In this document: positions 49,510-58,638 of the stretch, piece after piece
Position numbering within the stretch: the first letter of the stretch is position 1
Layout of the letters: every line of letters begins with the position of its first letter
Source of the DNA: a virus
Taxonomy: Duplodnaviria > Caudoviricetes
Reading direction: 5' to 3' (one strand)
DNA length: 64,000 nucleotides
IMG/VR virus record: IMGVR_UViG_3300017565_000002
Coordinates: 64,001 to 128,000 of that record
Made by a program: the position numbers and the translations under genes
Notes under the pieces: generated by a model
What the model was told of the DNA's origin: nothing
What the model saw: the letters and a program-made list of their open reading frames with translations, nothing else
Database searches by the model: none

Positions 49510-50208
49510 TTAGATACGTAACGCGTTGAATACGTTAATCACCTGACAGTGGTCTTTACTCACTGTTGCGGTACATAAAAAGATAGAGTCAGCCGCTAAA
49601 TACGGCGTACATCTGAATGAAATAGTGTCTGCTGTATTGATGGATTGGAAGAGAGATTTGGCAATACGAATATTGAACCCATCTTGATCAATCTCTAATG
49701 GCTTATCACCTTTCATAAGCGCAGTTTTGTCCAATCCCTCAATCATAACACTTTTCGAAAAATCAGCAGTTTCATCTATCTTTCTCAAGATACCACTAAG
49801 CTGTATGAACTCCAGATAATCATCTGGAATCCACTCCATTACCAGCCGATAATTTCCATTCTCTACTTTCTCAATTGTCATCAGGACAGATTCGACGTTC
49901 TTATCTTCCAAAGCTGCCGCTGAAACATTTCCGGAAAAGTAGAATTCAATTCCCCCATCCGTGAGTTGGATATCTTCGATTTGAAAATACCGACTCATGA
50001 ATAGTATACCTGTTACATTTAAGACATATTTCCCGGAGAGAAGTTCCATCATATCCTTCTCAATCTTCTGATGGAATGTGGTAATTGCCATGGAGCCTTC
50101 TATCCGCCATAGGAATACGCCATTCGATACGATAATTTTCTCAGATGTAATCTTATTCAGACTATCGCACACTTTAACAAGTGCGTTAAAGGTTTTGTTG
50201 ATATCCAT
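49510..50208 (-). CDS. hypothetical protein
   Basis: 232 aa with RBS GGAGGG; hairpin terminator at 49480-49506. Confidence 0.75.
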   Translation of the reverse strand: MDINKTFNALVKVCDSLNKITSEKIIVSNGVFLWRIEGSMAITTFHQKIEKDMMELLSGKYVLNVTGILFMSRYFQIEDIQLTDGGIEFYFSGNVSAAALEDKNVESVLMTIEKVENGNYRLVMEWIPDDYLEFIQLSGILRKIDETADFSKSVMIEGLDKTALMKGDKPLEIDQDGFNIRIAKSLFQSINTADTISFRCTPYLAADSIFLCTATVSKDHCQVINVFNALRI

Positions 50209-50281
50209 TATAGCCCTCCAAGAGTTCGTTTATTGAAGGTTAAATTTCATATAAAATAAAAGAGAGTCCTTATGAACTCTC

Positions 50282-50680
50282 TTATTTATCGGGCCGATTG
50301 ATCAATGAGAAATCAATATTACTCTTAGGAAATAATGTAATGATAATGGTTACAAATAGGAGAGTTTGAATGTACATGAAGGAGCAGATTCCGGCGTAGA
50401 TAAGCATCAATGGAATTGCAGTCCATTTGGATGCCGGTTTGTTATAGTGTGACGCTGATAACTGTCCCGTAATCGCCCAATATGGAATGAAAATCACGGC
50501 ACTTGTCATTGCCACAAAGGATGTAATTACACCATCTGTAGCATCGTACACGCGGTTTATGTACATCGCCGTTTTGGAGGCATCGCCTTTATCCATGTCG
50601 GGTTTAATCTTGTTGTGATACATATACACCATACAGGCAACGAAAAGCTGGTTGAGTACGATGAAATCGAAAAGATTCAT
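50282..50680 (-). CDS. membrane protein
   Basis: About three hydrophobic segments. Confidence 0.7.
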   Translation of the reverse strand: MNLFDFIVLNQLFVACMVYMYHNKIKPDMDKGDASKTAMYINRVYDATDGVITSFVAMTSAVIFIPYWAITGQLSASHYNKPASKWTAIPLMLIYAGICSFMYIQTLLFVTIIITLFPKSNIDFSLINRPDK

Positions 50681-50958
50681 TGTATCTTCCTCTCCTCTGT
50701 ATTAAATTCGTCGATCAATAGACGTTCAGCCGATTCTAAATGATCAATTAATTGTCGTATAGATTTTTGAGTCTTAAATGCAAATAAAACAGGTGCATTT
50801 TCGATTTTCAAATCCTGTTCAGTTACATCCTCGGTTTCCGCCCATAGTGGTAAAATAACCACCTGTCCGTCAGTGTCGTCAGCTAATCCGTAGCCGATTC
50901 TGACATCGTTTTCGCCGAGTACAACTGTAACACCGCGATCTTCCTTTATGATTGGCAT
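50677..50958 (-). CDS. small hypothetical protein
   Basis: 93 aa, coupled to its neighbours by overlap. Confidence 0.7.
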   Translation of the reverse strand: MPIIKEDRGVTVVLGENDVRIGYGLADDTDGQVVILPLWAETEDVTEQDLKIENAPVLFAFKTQKSIRQLIDHLESAERLLIDEFNTEERKIQ

Positions 50959-51566
50959 ATTACTATCTCTCCTCTATTTCTGGCATGTAGTAAGAATATT
51001 TCCCTAGCGTTAAATGCCTGCAATGCTGTTAGTGTAATTTCATGGTCCCCTGTAGATTTAATTTTAACAGGATACGATGATAGAGAATCGACAAATTTGG
51101 TCATTTGGACCTTGTCTATGAAATTGAAACTTATAGCTTGTCCATCTCCCAGCTGTTCGGAAATATATTTTACGTTTTCAACACTGCCAGATTTAGCCAT
51201 AGAGAATTCCTCTAATCTGATAAGTACACCTTCTAGTTTTAGACCATCCATAATCCAATATTCTCTAGTTTGCAATGCGTCAGGTACTTTGTTTGCTATT
51301 ACTTCCGGTGACAAGATAATACCTTTATATGCGTCTGTATCCAATGTGAAGAGTTTGAAATATGCTTTGCCCGATTTCGATCGAATATAAGCAGGAAGCC
51401 CTATACCTCCATCCGGTATGCCCGTCAAACATCCCTCGATCGAATCGGAGAAACAGATACGAGGTGTAATCCAATCCTCACTATCTCCTTCTTCAATGCC
51501 GCTTGGAACCTGTGGTGTAAATATACCAGTATGCATCAATGATGTTGAAATATGGTATAATTTCAT
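50946..51566 (-). CDS. putative ADP-ribosyltransferase-fold protein
   Basis: LYHIS...FTPQVP...EDWITPRICFS...VPDALQTREYW: H/S/E triad spacing of the ART fold (inference). Own early motif ATATATAAT at 51601-51609 on the minus strand. Confidence 0.55.
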   Translation of the reverse strand: MKLYHISTSLMHTGIFTPQVPSGIEEGDSEDWITPRICFSDSIEGCLTGIPDGGIGLPAYIRSKSGKAYFKLFTLDTDAYKGIILSPEVIANKVPDALQTREYWIMDGLKLEGVLIRLEEFSMAKSGSVENVKYISEQLGDGQAISFNFIDKVQMTKFVDSLSSYPVKIKSTGDHEITLTALQAFNAREIFLLHARNRGEIVICQS

Positions 51567-51681
51567 ACGTATATCTCTCCTTTATCCTATAGTCGGATGT
51601 ATTATATATAATTCGGTTTAGTCTATGATCCTACAAGGTCAACAAGATAATAACCTTATAGAAGGGAAAGGAGAATAGACA

Positions 51682-52227
51682 ATGTCTGATCTTGAAAAAT
51701 TGCAACGTAAACTGCGCATGATCCAAGAGGGGATCATTCTTGAGTCGGACGACGATGACGAGGATGAAGAACTCGATTTGGATGATGACGATTTGGACAT
51801 TGAGGATTTAGATGATTTGGAACTCGACGAGGACCTTCTGGCCGAAGTTAATTTGGCAATCATCGAAAGCGAAGTCGGCAGTGAGCAGATGCCTTCCTTC
51901 TTGGCAGAACATGCACATGTATTTGTGCGCGATCAACTCTTGACGGAAGATGTAGTAGGAAAATCCTACATCGTCCTGTCGCCGAAAGCAAGACGTCAGC
52001 GGGCAATCAACCTGCTTAAACTGAGGATGGCTCGCAAGGCCGCAGATCCTCGGTATAGAAAGCTGGTCATCGCTCGTAAATTCGTAAAGCGTATGCTCGG
52101 GAAAATCCGGGGAGATAGCCGCTATAAGAAAGCGGAAACCATCGTCAGACGCCAACGATTCAAGATCATTAATAACCCGGCAGCTGTCGCGGCCTTTAAA
52201 AAGGCGCAGACGATGAAATTGCAATAA
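51682..52227 (+). CDS. putative head core protein with acidic propeptide and basic C-domain
   Basis: MSDLEKLQRKLRMIQEGIILES, D/E tract, R/K-rich C-half; late promoter AACA-agataa-TA at 51641-51652; terminator at 52243-52275. Confidence 0.75.
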   Translation: MSDLEKLQRKLRMIQEGIILESDDDDEDEELDLDDDDLDIEDLDDLELDEDLLAEVNLAIIESEVGSEQMPSFLAEHAHVFVRDQLLTEDVVGKSYIVLSPKARRQRAINLLKLRMARKAADPRYRKLVIARKFVKRMLGKIRGDSRYKKAETIVRRQRFKIINNPAAVAAFKKAQTMKLQ

Positions 52228-52291
52228 TCATTCGAGAGAAAGGACACCTCCTATTGCAGGAGGTGTCTCTTCTTTATATTTTTCATTGAAT

Positions 52292-52300
52292 ACATATTAT
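52292..52300 (+). promoter_or_regulatory. early promoter motif ACATATTAT
   Basis: Upstream of the beta' gene; followed by a leader hairpin. Confidence 0.45.
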
Positions 52301-52394
52301 TTCCGAGTAGATGATACATTCTTACCACTTTCATGACAGTAAAGTAGGTAGAGTTTCAGCTACATACTACTTTTAGAGGAGTGAACTGACCACT

Positions 52395-53261
52395 ATGGCA
52401 AGATCATTGGAGCAAATTGGGTGGACCTATGGTATCGATGATATCAAGGAAAAAATCCGCCAGTATGGACGCACGCAACATGGGGGAATCCATGTTGCCT
52501 ATTATCCGACGATTAATCAGTTCGAAACACCTGATGCGTACGAATCATTCGTTGATGTACTGATCGCATCGGTAAAGAAAGACCTGTCAAATTCCCGGAA
52601 ATTACTCCGTAAGATGACGATGGCGTATAAATTTTCCGAGGGTGATGAACTCCGGGAAATGAACTTTGTGCAGTTTGTGTTTAACCTGATTATGTGGGGG
52701 CCGTACATTTATGCACGCATCCCAGTGGGTGAAAAGGATATCTTCAACCCAGAGATTTTTAATAATACCAAATATAACGAATACTACAATAAATTTTCCG
52801 ACAATTACAGGAATCTATTTACGATGGCTGAAATGTCGGAGCTATTCTTCAACGTACAGGTCAATATGAATAAGCTTGTTGTTGCAATTGGCCCTTTATT
52901 CGGTCATTCCATTTCTATCTATGACATGGTTCGACTGGCTAAAGAGCACAAAGAACTCAATGATATTTTCAATACAGAAATCGACTTGGATAATTTCCAA
53001 GTCAAAGAGGCCGAAGAATTCCTTACCTCCCAGACAGAAAGAATGTTCCAAATTCTGATGGGTCTCGGTAATAAGCACAATCCCTTGAAAGCGTTTATCC
53101 GGGCTGGTACAGGCGTGAATAAACATCAAGTACGTGAATCGTACGTGCACGCTGGCTTTAAACCGGACTTAGAGGGAGACACAATTCCAATCACAACGAA
53201 TAGTAATTTGATGACCGAAGGATTAAAGACGCCTGAATCCGTATTTGTAGACTCCAAGGGT
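52395..53261 (+). CDS. rpoC: RNA polymerase beta' C-terminal half, exon 1
   Basis: Ends ...AGTGVN...GFKPDLEG...LMTEGL...FVDSKG at the start of the bridge helix; interrupted by a group I intron. Confidence 0.8.
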
Positions 53262-53873
53262 AAACTCTGCCCCTTCTAAGAGGAAACTCTTAGTCGAATA
53301 ACCTGCCTAATTGCTGGGACGTACTAACGCCCTTTAGCCAACTATCTCTGGTCGGATAGTATGGAGCGAAAGCAGAAATAAGTAAAGGGATGATCTTAGG
53401 ACGAACCGAAAGTCCTCATGATCCGCTATCGTTCGATAGCACAATGTACAATCAGCAGCGAAATATCATTATGCTTATCCCTTTGAGTATATTAATAAGA
53501 ATCCATACAAAAGGATGTAATGACATGTATAAACTTATTCGCAAGGAAGAAGAAAGATGCATACATCAGGGCTCCACATACTAGGAAAAAATAAAGGGAT
53601 ACGGATCACCTTATTCTGACCAAATACAGGCGATTCAAAAGCATAATGATAAACCGTTCAACGATCATTCGAAAGCTGTCTTAGACAGCGAGTAGCCGTG
53701 AAACTCGGCAACAGAAGTAGGGCCCAAGCGGGCGGGTGAAATTCCCTTAAACCGAAATGGCAGGAATCCTAAGGGAGAAATCCTATGGATAAAGAGATGA
53801 TCTCGACGTCTGGAGAAATTCCAGAGAAGTTCATAAGAGAACTGTGTGGTTTAGCGAACTACACGAAGGATAG
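53262..53873 (+). mobile_element. group I self-splicing intron (612 nt, IA-like, no intact endonuclease ORF)
   Basis: Exon ends in U and intron ends in G. P AATTGCTGGGA (53309), Q AATCAGCAG (53450), R GTTCAACGATCA (53656), S AAGAGATGATCT (53792). P3 CCTGCC/GGCAGG, P7 GATCA/TGATC. Splicing restores the frame. Confidence 0.92.
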
Positions 53874-55064
53874 GGACTCAAAGCAGCCGTGATGCAGCAG
53901 GGTGTATCTGATGCAGGATATTTTAGCCGTCACTCCACCTTCCTGACGGCAAATGTTACATTACACGAAGATCCAAATTATTCGTGTGATACTGTCAATC
54001 TCCATACCACACACATCCAATCGCAGAGAGACCTGGATGTGTTTGTTGGCAGATTCATGAAGGTTAAAGATAAAAAATACACAATCATCAAGAAAGATGA
54101 TAAGCATCTGATCGGTACCACAATTCAGGTCAGATCACCAGCTACATGTGCATCCAAAGAAGAGGGTAAAATATGCAGGGCCTGTTATGGGTTTCTGTTC
54201 AATGTGAACTATGGTATGCATGCGGGATTATATGCAGCCATTGATACAAACGAAAATAAAACGCAGTTAGGTTTGTCTGCTAAACATGCATTAGCCACTT
54301 CGAGTGCAGAGATAGAGATCATCGATGAAAAGATGTTCTTGATCAATGAGAATGGTTGGTTATTTACCTTAAATGAAAATATCGATATGAAGAATTATGA
54401 ACTCGTGGTGAACCACTCGGATGTGTACATGGAGAATAAGGAAAACTATGAGCGTTACGATAACTATTTCCTTCAAAGGTTAGTCTTCCGCCATGTGAAA
54501 ACCGGGGAAATATTTGAAGTTTACGAGAAAAAGGAGATTCATTTCTATCTGAGCAGTCAACTATTCACATTGCTTAAGGATAAGAAATTCTTCTCCATGA
54601 CGAATGACGAGTCGACTACGATCCCATTGAAAGAAATCGACACGGAATCGCCACTTGTCTTCCTTCGGATTAGTAATGATGAACTGACAAAACCAATCAA
54701 GCAGCTCACGAAGTTTATCCAAAAGGGAGAGAAGCCTGTTAAAGGCCTGCAAGATTATGATGAATTCATCACGGTATTGAACAAGATGTTCCGGCAAGGT
54801 GGGATGAATATCCCATCGGTGCATATCGAGATGATCATTCGAAATTTAGTACGGAGTAAAGATAACGTACTGAAAACACCTGACTGGTCGAAGCCCCAAA
54901 CGCCGGACATGTATAAACTAACCAGTATGAATAAAGCAAACATTTTGAGCAGTTCGGTTATCGCTGGTCTGATGTTTGAAGAAGTCAAAGAACAGCTTAG
55001 GACACCTCTGACATACCAGAAAACTGAACCGTCGATTTATAGCCTGATGTTTATTAACGAATAA
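53874..55064 (+). CDS. rpoC: RNA polymerase beta' C-terminal half, exon 2 (spliced product 685 aa)
   Basis: GLKAAVMQQGVSDAGYFSR (bridge helix), RSPATC...ICRACYG Zn site, LSAKH trigger loop. Confidence 0.88.
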   Translation, partial: GLKAAVMQQGVSDAGYFSRHSTFLTANVTLHEDPNYSCDTVNLHTTHIQSQRDLDVFVGRFMKVKDKKYTIIKKDDKHLIGTTIQVRSPATCASKEEGKICRACYGFLFNVNYGMHAGLYAAIDTNENKTQLGLSAKHALATSSAEIEIIDEKMFLINENGWLFTLNENIDMKNYELVVNHSDVYMENKENYERYDNYFLQRLVFRHVKTGEIFEVYEKKEIHFYLSSQLFTLLKDKKFFSMTNDESTTIPLKEIDTESPLVFLRISNDELTKPIKQLTKFIQKGEKPVKGLQDYDEFITVLNKMFRQGGMNIPSVHIEMIIRNLVRSKDNVLKTPDWSKPQTPDMYKLTSMNKANILSSSVIAGLMFEEVKEQLRTPLTYQKTEPSIYSLMFINE

Positions 55065-55112
55065 CGATGATAGCCAGAGGATCAACTTTCCTCTGGCTAA
55101 CTCTAAAAAGGG

Positions 55113-55877
55113 GTGAAAACGTTGTTTAAGCGGTTAAGGGAACTGATCAACACAGTCAAGATGATTCCGACTATAGATACAAAGCTGGATAAATTACAGT
55201 CCTCAATAGAAGCAATGAAGAAATACCCAGCTCGAAATATGTGGAACTTTAAACATGTTCCGATTACCGACAATGAACTTTTGGCGACTAAGCTCCAATT
55301 TGAAGCTCGACTTCGCGCCAAATGTGAGACTGAACTTTCTCATTGTCGGAGTAACCTCCAAGAGGCGTTAATCGAATATGACAAACTCCTCTATCAATCA
55401 ACGGATCGAATTGCATCTGGTGATTACACCACCATGATTGTGATTATTACGAAGCTGGATGTGCTAAAAGAGATGATTTTGCACATCCTCTTTGGTCAAA
55501 GTGATATTTTCAGCTTCTATCTTTATTTTGTAGATACGCCACAACTTAGAAATAGTCTGTCCGACCTCCCAACAATCGACGTGAATAAAGTATTTATTAT
55601 CAGCCCAAGTGATGTTGAAGAGTCGGACGATGTGACCACAGATGATACGCGGTATGTCAAAGTGATAATGTATGCCACTAGGCTTATCATATCATCGTCT
55701 GACATCACAGTAGATATCAGTTTAAATCAACGTAAGACTGTACTGCGAGTATTGTATTCGATCTACACCGAGAAATATCATCTCTACCACTTGGCAGGGC
55801 CTGTCAAGATTGAGAATGAGTTTGATCCGGTTGGTGAAGCAAGAAAAATAATCGCCGAATGGAGCCGAGAAAAATAA
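55113..55877 (+). CDS. hypothetical protein
   Basis: 254 aa; its TAA overlaps the thyA ATG (TAATG). Confidence 0.75.
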   Translation: MKTLFKRLRELINTVKMIPTIDTKLDKLQSSIEAMKKYPARNMWNFKHVPITDNELLATKLQFEARLRAKCETELSHCRSNLQEALIEYDKLLYQSTDRIASGDYTTMIVIITKLDVLKEMILHILFGQSDIFSFYLYFVDTPQLRNSLSDLPTIDVNKVFIISPSDVEESDDVTTDDTRYVKVIMYATRLIISSSDITVDISLNQRKTVLRVLYSIYTEKYHLYHLAGPVKIENEFDPVGEARKIIAEWSREK

Positions 55878-56785
55878 TGACAACGAAAACCGCTGATGAG
55901 CAGTTCAATGCACTTGTGATGGACATTTACGAAAACGGGGTGTGGGAACAACCCGAGGACATTCGAGCTAAATGGGCGGACGGCACACCGGCAGCCACAA
56001 AAGCTGTAAATGATGTCCAATTGAAATTCGAAAATCAAGACGATAATAAAGCTCCGATTCTAACAACCAAGTTTGTTGCATGGAAAACGGCGATACATGA
56101 AATATTATGGATTTGGCAGCAGAAGAGTAATGAGATATCCTATCTGCAAGAACGCGGTATTCATATTTGGGATTCATGGGCAGTCCGTAACCCACTTGGT
56201 GGTTTCGGTGGGACGATCGGCAAGGGATATGGTTTCCAATTGAATGAGAAATGTCGTTCGGTTTTCATGCCGAGACCAGATTCTAATTCTGTGTGGACGC
56301 ATTCGTCAGTCGAGATGGACCAAGTGGACTATATGCTCCATTTACTTACCACATCTCCGGGTAGTCGCCGTAACATTGTCACACTCTGGGATAAAAACGA
56401 TTTGGACTACATGACAATCACACCCTGCGTCTGGAGCAGTCAATGGATTCGTAAAAATGGCAAGTTAAACTTGACGGTTAACGTCAGGTCCAATGACATC
56501 TGCGTAGGGAATCCCTTTAATGTGTTTCAATACTACGTGCTACAGCGGATGGTTTCTCAAGTAACGAATATCCCAATGGGTACATTGGTATTTAACATCA
56601 CCGACGCCCACATCTATGATCGTCATTTGGAAACAGCAGTCATCCAAGTCCAAGAGCCTATGTTTGAACCGCCGGTCTTGGAAATTGATCCTTCCGTCAA
56701 GAACTTCTATGATTTCCGCATTGAGCATTTCAATCTGGTTAACTACCAGTATTCGAAGAAATTTAGTTACGAAGTTGCTATATAA
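55877..56785 (+). CDS. thyA: thymidylate synthase
   Basis: PILTTK, AIHEILWIW, IWDSW, YGFQ, RRNIVTLW, PCVW, RSND, NVFQY, DAHIYDRH. Confidence 0.95.
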   Translation: MTTKTADEQFNALVMDIYENGVWEQPEDIRAKWADGTPAATKAVNDVQLKFENQDDNKAPILTTKFVAWKTAIHEILWIWQQKSNEISYLQERGIHIWDSWAVRNPLGGFGGTIGKGYGFQLNEKCRSVFMPRPDSNSVWTHSSVEMDQVDYMLHLLTTSPGSRRNIVTLWDKNDLDYMTITPCVWSSQWIRKNGKLNLTVNVRSNDICVGNPFNVFQYYVLQRMVSQVTNIPMGTLVFNITDAHIYDRHLETAVIQVQEPMFEPPVLEIDPSVKNFYDFRIEHFNLVNYQYSKKFSYEVAI

Positions 56786-56836
56786 TAATGAGGGGCTGTG
56801 AATCTTGAATTCACGGCCCACATTTTTTAGACTGGA

Positions 56837-58312
56837 GTGTATGAGATGGATTCTATTACTGCGAATTATTCACACTATATCGTTCCCGAATACGAAATCG
56901 GGGATTGTGTACGACTGGAGCGAATATTATCTCGATACGACAAACGGAGGTTTCGTCTCAACCCTATTGGGTTTGTCTACGATGCTGAAAAGAAAGAATT
57001 GAGAATCCCAAGAGGGTTGTCAGAGACGCTATTGGAGAGCGTAACGAGACGGAAGATTGTTTATAATGATCAACCCAATGCTTTTGATAAGACGAATATA
57101 AAATTGACGCATCCACCACGGGAGAAATTGCAGGTTCGAGTTATCTCCTTCTTGTGTGGTGGGAGTAGCAAGTATGCCTATACAAAGAATCATACTCAAT
57201 TATTTTGTGATTTGGAAACGGGGAAAGGAAAGACTTATTGTGCCACAGCATCTATTACACATTTCAAACAAAAGGCTGTGGTGTTCACACCGAGTCGAAT
57301 CAGTAAGATAAATGACCAGTGGATAGATACCATACTATCCACGACGGACAGAAAGGAAAAACACATACTGGAAGTCGTAGGGTCAAAAACTTGTTTGGAG
57401 ATTATAGACGGTAAACACCAAGACGTCGAATTCTTTATCTTTGGACGTGCAACGGCTTCATCTTTTGCCAAAAAACATGGATGGGATATGTTCCAGAAGA
57501 TGATTGAAATGACACGTGCGGGGATTAAGATTATTGACGAAGCACATATGGATTTTGAGACAAATGTCAAAATTGACTGCTACTCTAATGTGAAGCGTAA
57601 TTTCTATCTTACAGCTACCGCAGGACGAGGTTCGATTGAAGAGGATATCGTATTCAAAAAGTTATTCGAAGGTGTGCCTATTTTGGGCATGGAACTTACA
57701 ACTATCGAGAATAATTACATCATGATGTTTATATTCCTCTACTCCCATACACCAACGATTGATCAGCGTCTTTCATGTAAGACGAAAGATGGATTATCCG
57801 CTGCATTGTATTCGGAATATCTGGCAAATAAAGAAGGTGCTAGATATGCCTTTTTCACTGCAATGGATAAAGCCATTAAGACAATCGTTATGAAGTACCG
57901 AACAGACGGCGGCAAACTTCTGATCTTAGGATCTACCAGAGAACTACTTAAGACCATCAAGAAATTCCTCGAAGTCAATTATAGTGAATTTTCTATTGGT
58001 ATGTATACGGGGGATGTCGATCGTAAAGAGCGTGAGCAAGAATTGGATAGAGACATTATCCTAGCAACCGATAAAGGTATCGGAACTGGTGCTGATATAA
58101 ACAATCTCCAATTCTTGATTAACGTTATTCCGTATAGTAATAAGATCTATGCAAGTCAGTTATCCGGGCGACTCCGTAATAATGGAAAGCTCGTATTCTA
58201 TATGGAACTTGTCAATAAAGATTTCCATGAGGCGATGGAGCAGTTTGAACGTCGCAAACCACATCTTGCGAAGAAAGCCAAGCAGGGCAAACTGTTCATT
58301 ATAGACGAATAA
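56837..58312 (+). CDS. SF2 helicase (UvsW-like)
   Basis: TGKGKT, DEAH, LTATAGR, GTGADI, QLSGRLR. Confidence 0.9.
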   Translation: MYEMDSITANYSHYIVPEYEIGDCVRLERILSRYDKRRFRLNPIGFVYDAEKKELRIPRGLSETLLESVTRRKIVYNDQPNAFDKTNIKLTHPPREKLQVRVISFLCGGSSKYAYTKNHTQLFCDLETGKGKTYCATASITHFKQKAVVFTPSRISKINDQWIDTILSTTDRKEKHILEVVGSKTCLEIIDGKHQDVEFFIFGRATASSFAKKHGWDMFQKMIEMTRAGIKIIDEAHMDFETNVKIDCYSNVKRNFYLTATAGRGSIEEDIVFKKLFEGVPILGMELTTIENNYIMMFIFLYSHTPTIDQRLSCKTKDGLSAALYSEYLANKEGARYAFFTAMDKAIKTIVMKYRTDGGKLLILGSTRELLKTIKKFLEVNYSEFSIGMYTGDVDRKEREQELDRDIILATDKGIGTGADINNLQFLINVIPYSNKIYASQLSGRLRNNGKLVFYMELVNKDFHEAMEQFERRKPHLAKKAKQGKLFIIDE

Positions 58313-58337
58313 AAAATTATCAGCCTCCAAACCCAAT

Positions 58338-58346
58338 ATATATTAT
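58338..58346 (+). promoter_or_regulatory. early promoter motif ATATATTAT
   Basis: Followed by leader hairpin CGACCAAC/GTTGGTCG. Confidence 0.55.
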
Positions 58347-58410
58347 ACACATGTAGCGACCAACTCTGTAGTTTCAGGGTTGGTCGTATTTATACTAAAG
58401 GAGAGTTGTC

Positions 58411-58635
58411 ATGCATAAGGCAGTATTGACACTAAATCTAAATTCGGTCATCATCGATTTAGATCTAAAGGAGGTCCCTCCTTTCAAGAAGGGTGATACA
58501 ATTAAGCTTAGTAATCAAGCCGGTATGGGAGATACATGGGTGAAGATTATGAGTAACCCCTATTCAACACGAATCGGTCGATGGTCCATCGATGTCGAGG
58601 AAACTTACCCGGTACATTATACTGTGGGGGTTTAA
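58411..58635 (+). CDS. small hypothetical protein
   Basis: 74 aa with RBS AAGGAG. Confidence 0.7.
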   Translation: MHKAVLTLNLNSVIIDLDLKEVPPFKKGDTIKLSNQAGMGDTWVKIMSNPYSTRIGRWSIDVEETYPVHYTVGV

Positions 58636-58638
58636 TAT

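Noticed and set aside
52395-53279. Track ORF ending GKLCPF as a complete gene, and 53889 as a separate gene
   Set aside because: KLCPF is intron sequence; the two parts are exons of one beta' gene.
53390-53584. 64-aa ORF inside the intron as a homing endonuclease
   Set aside because: Too short, overlaps the Q core element, and has no HNH, GIY-YIG or LAGLIDADG motif.
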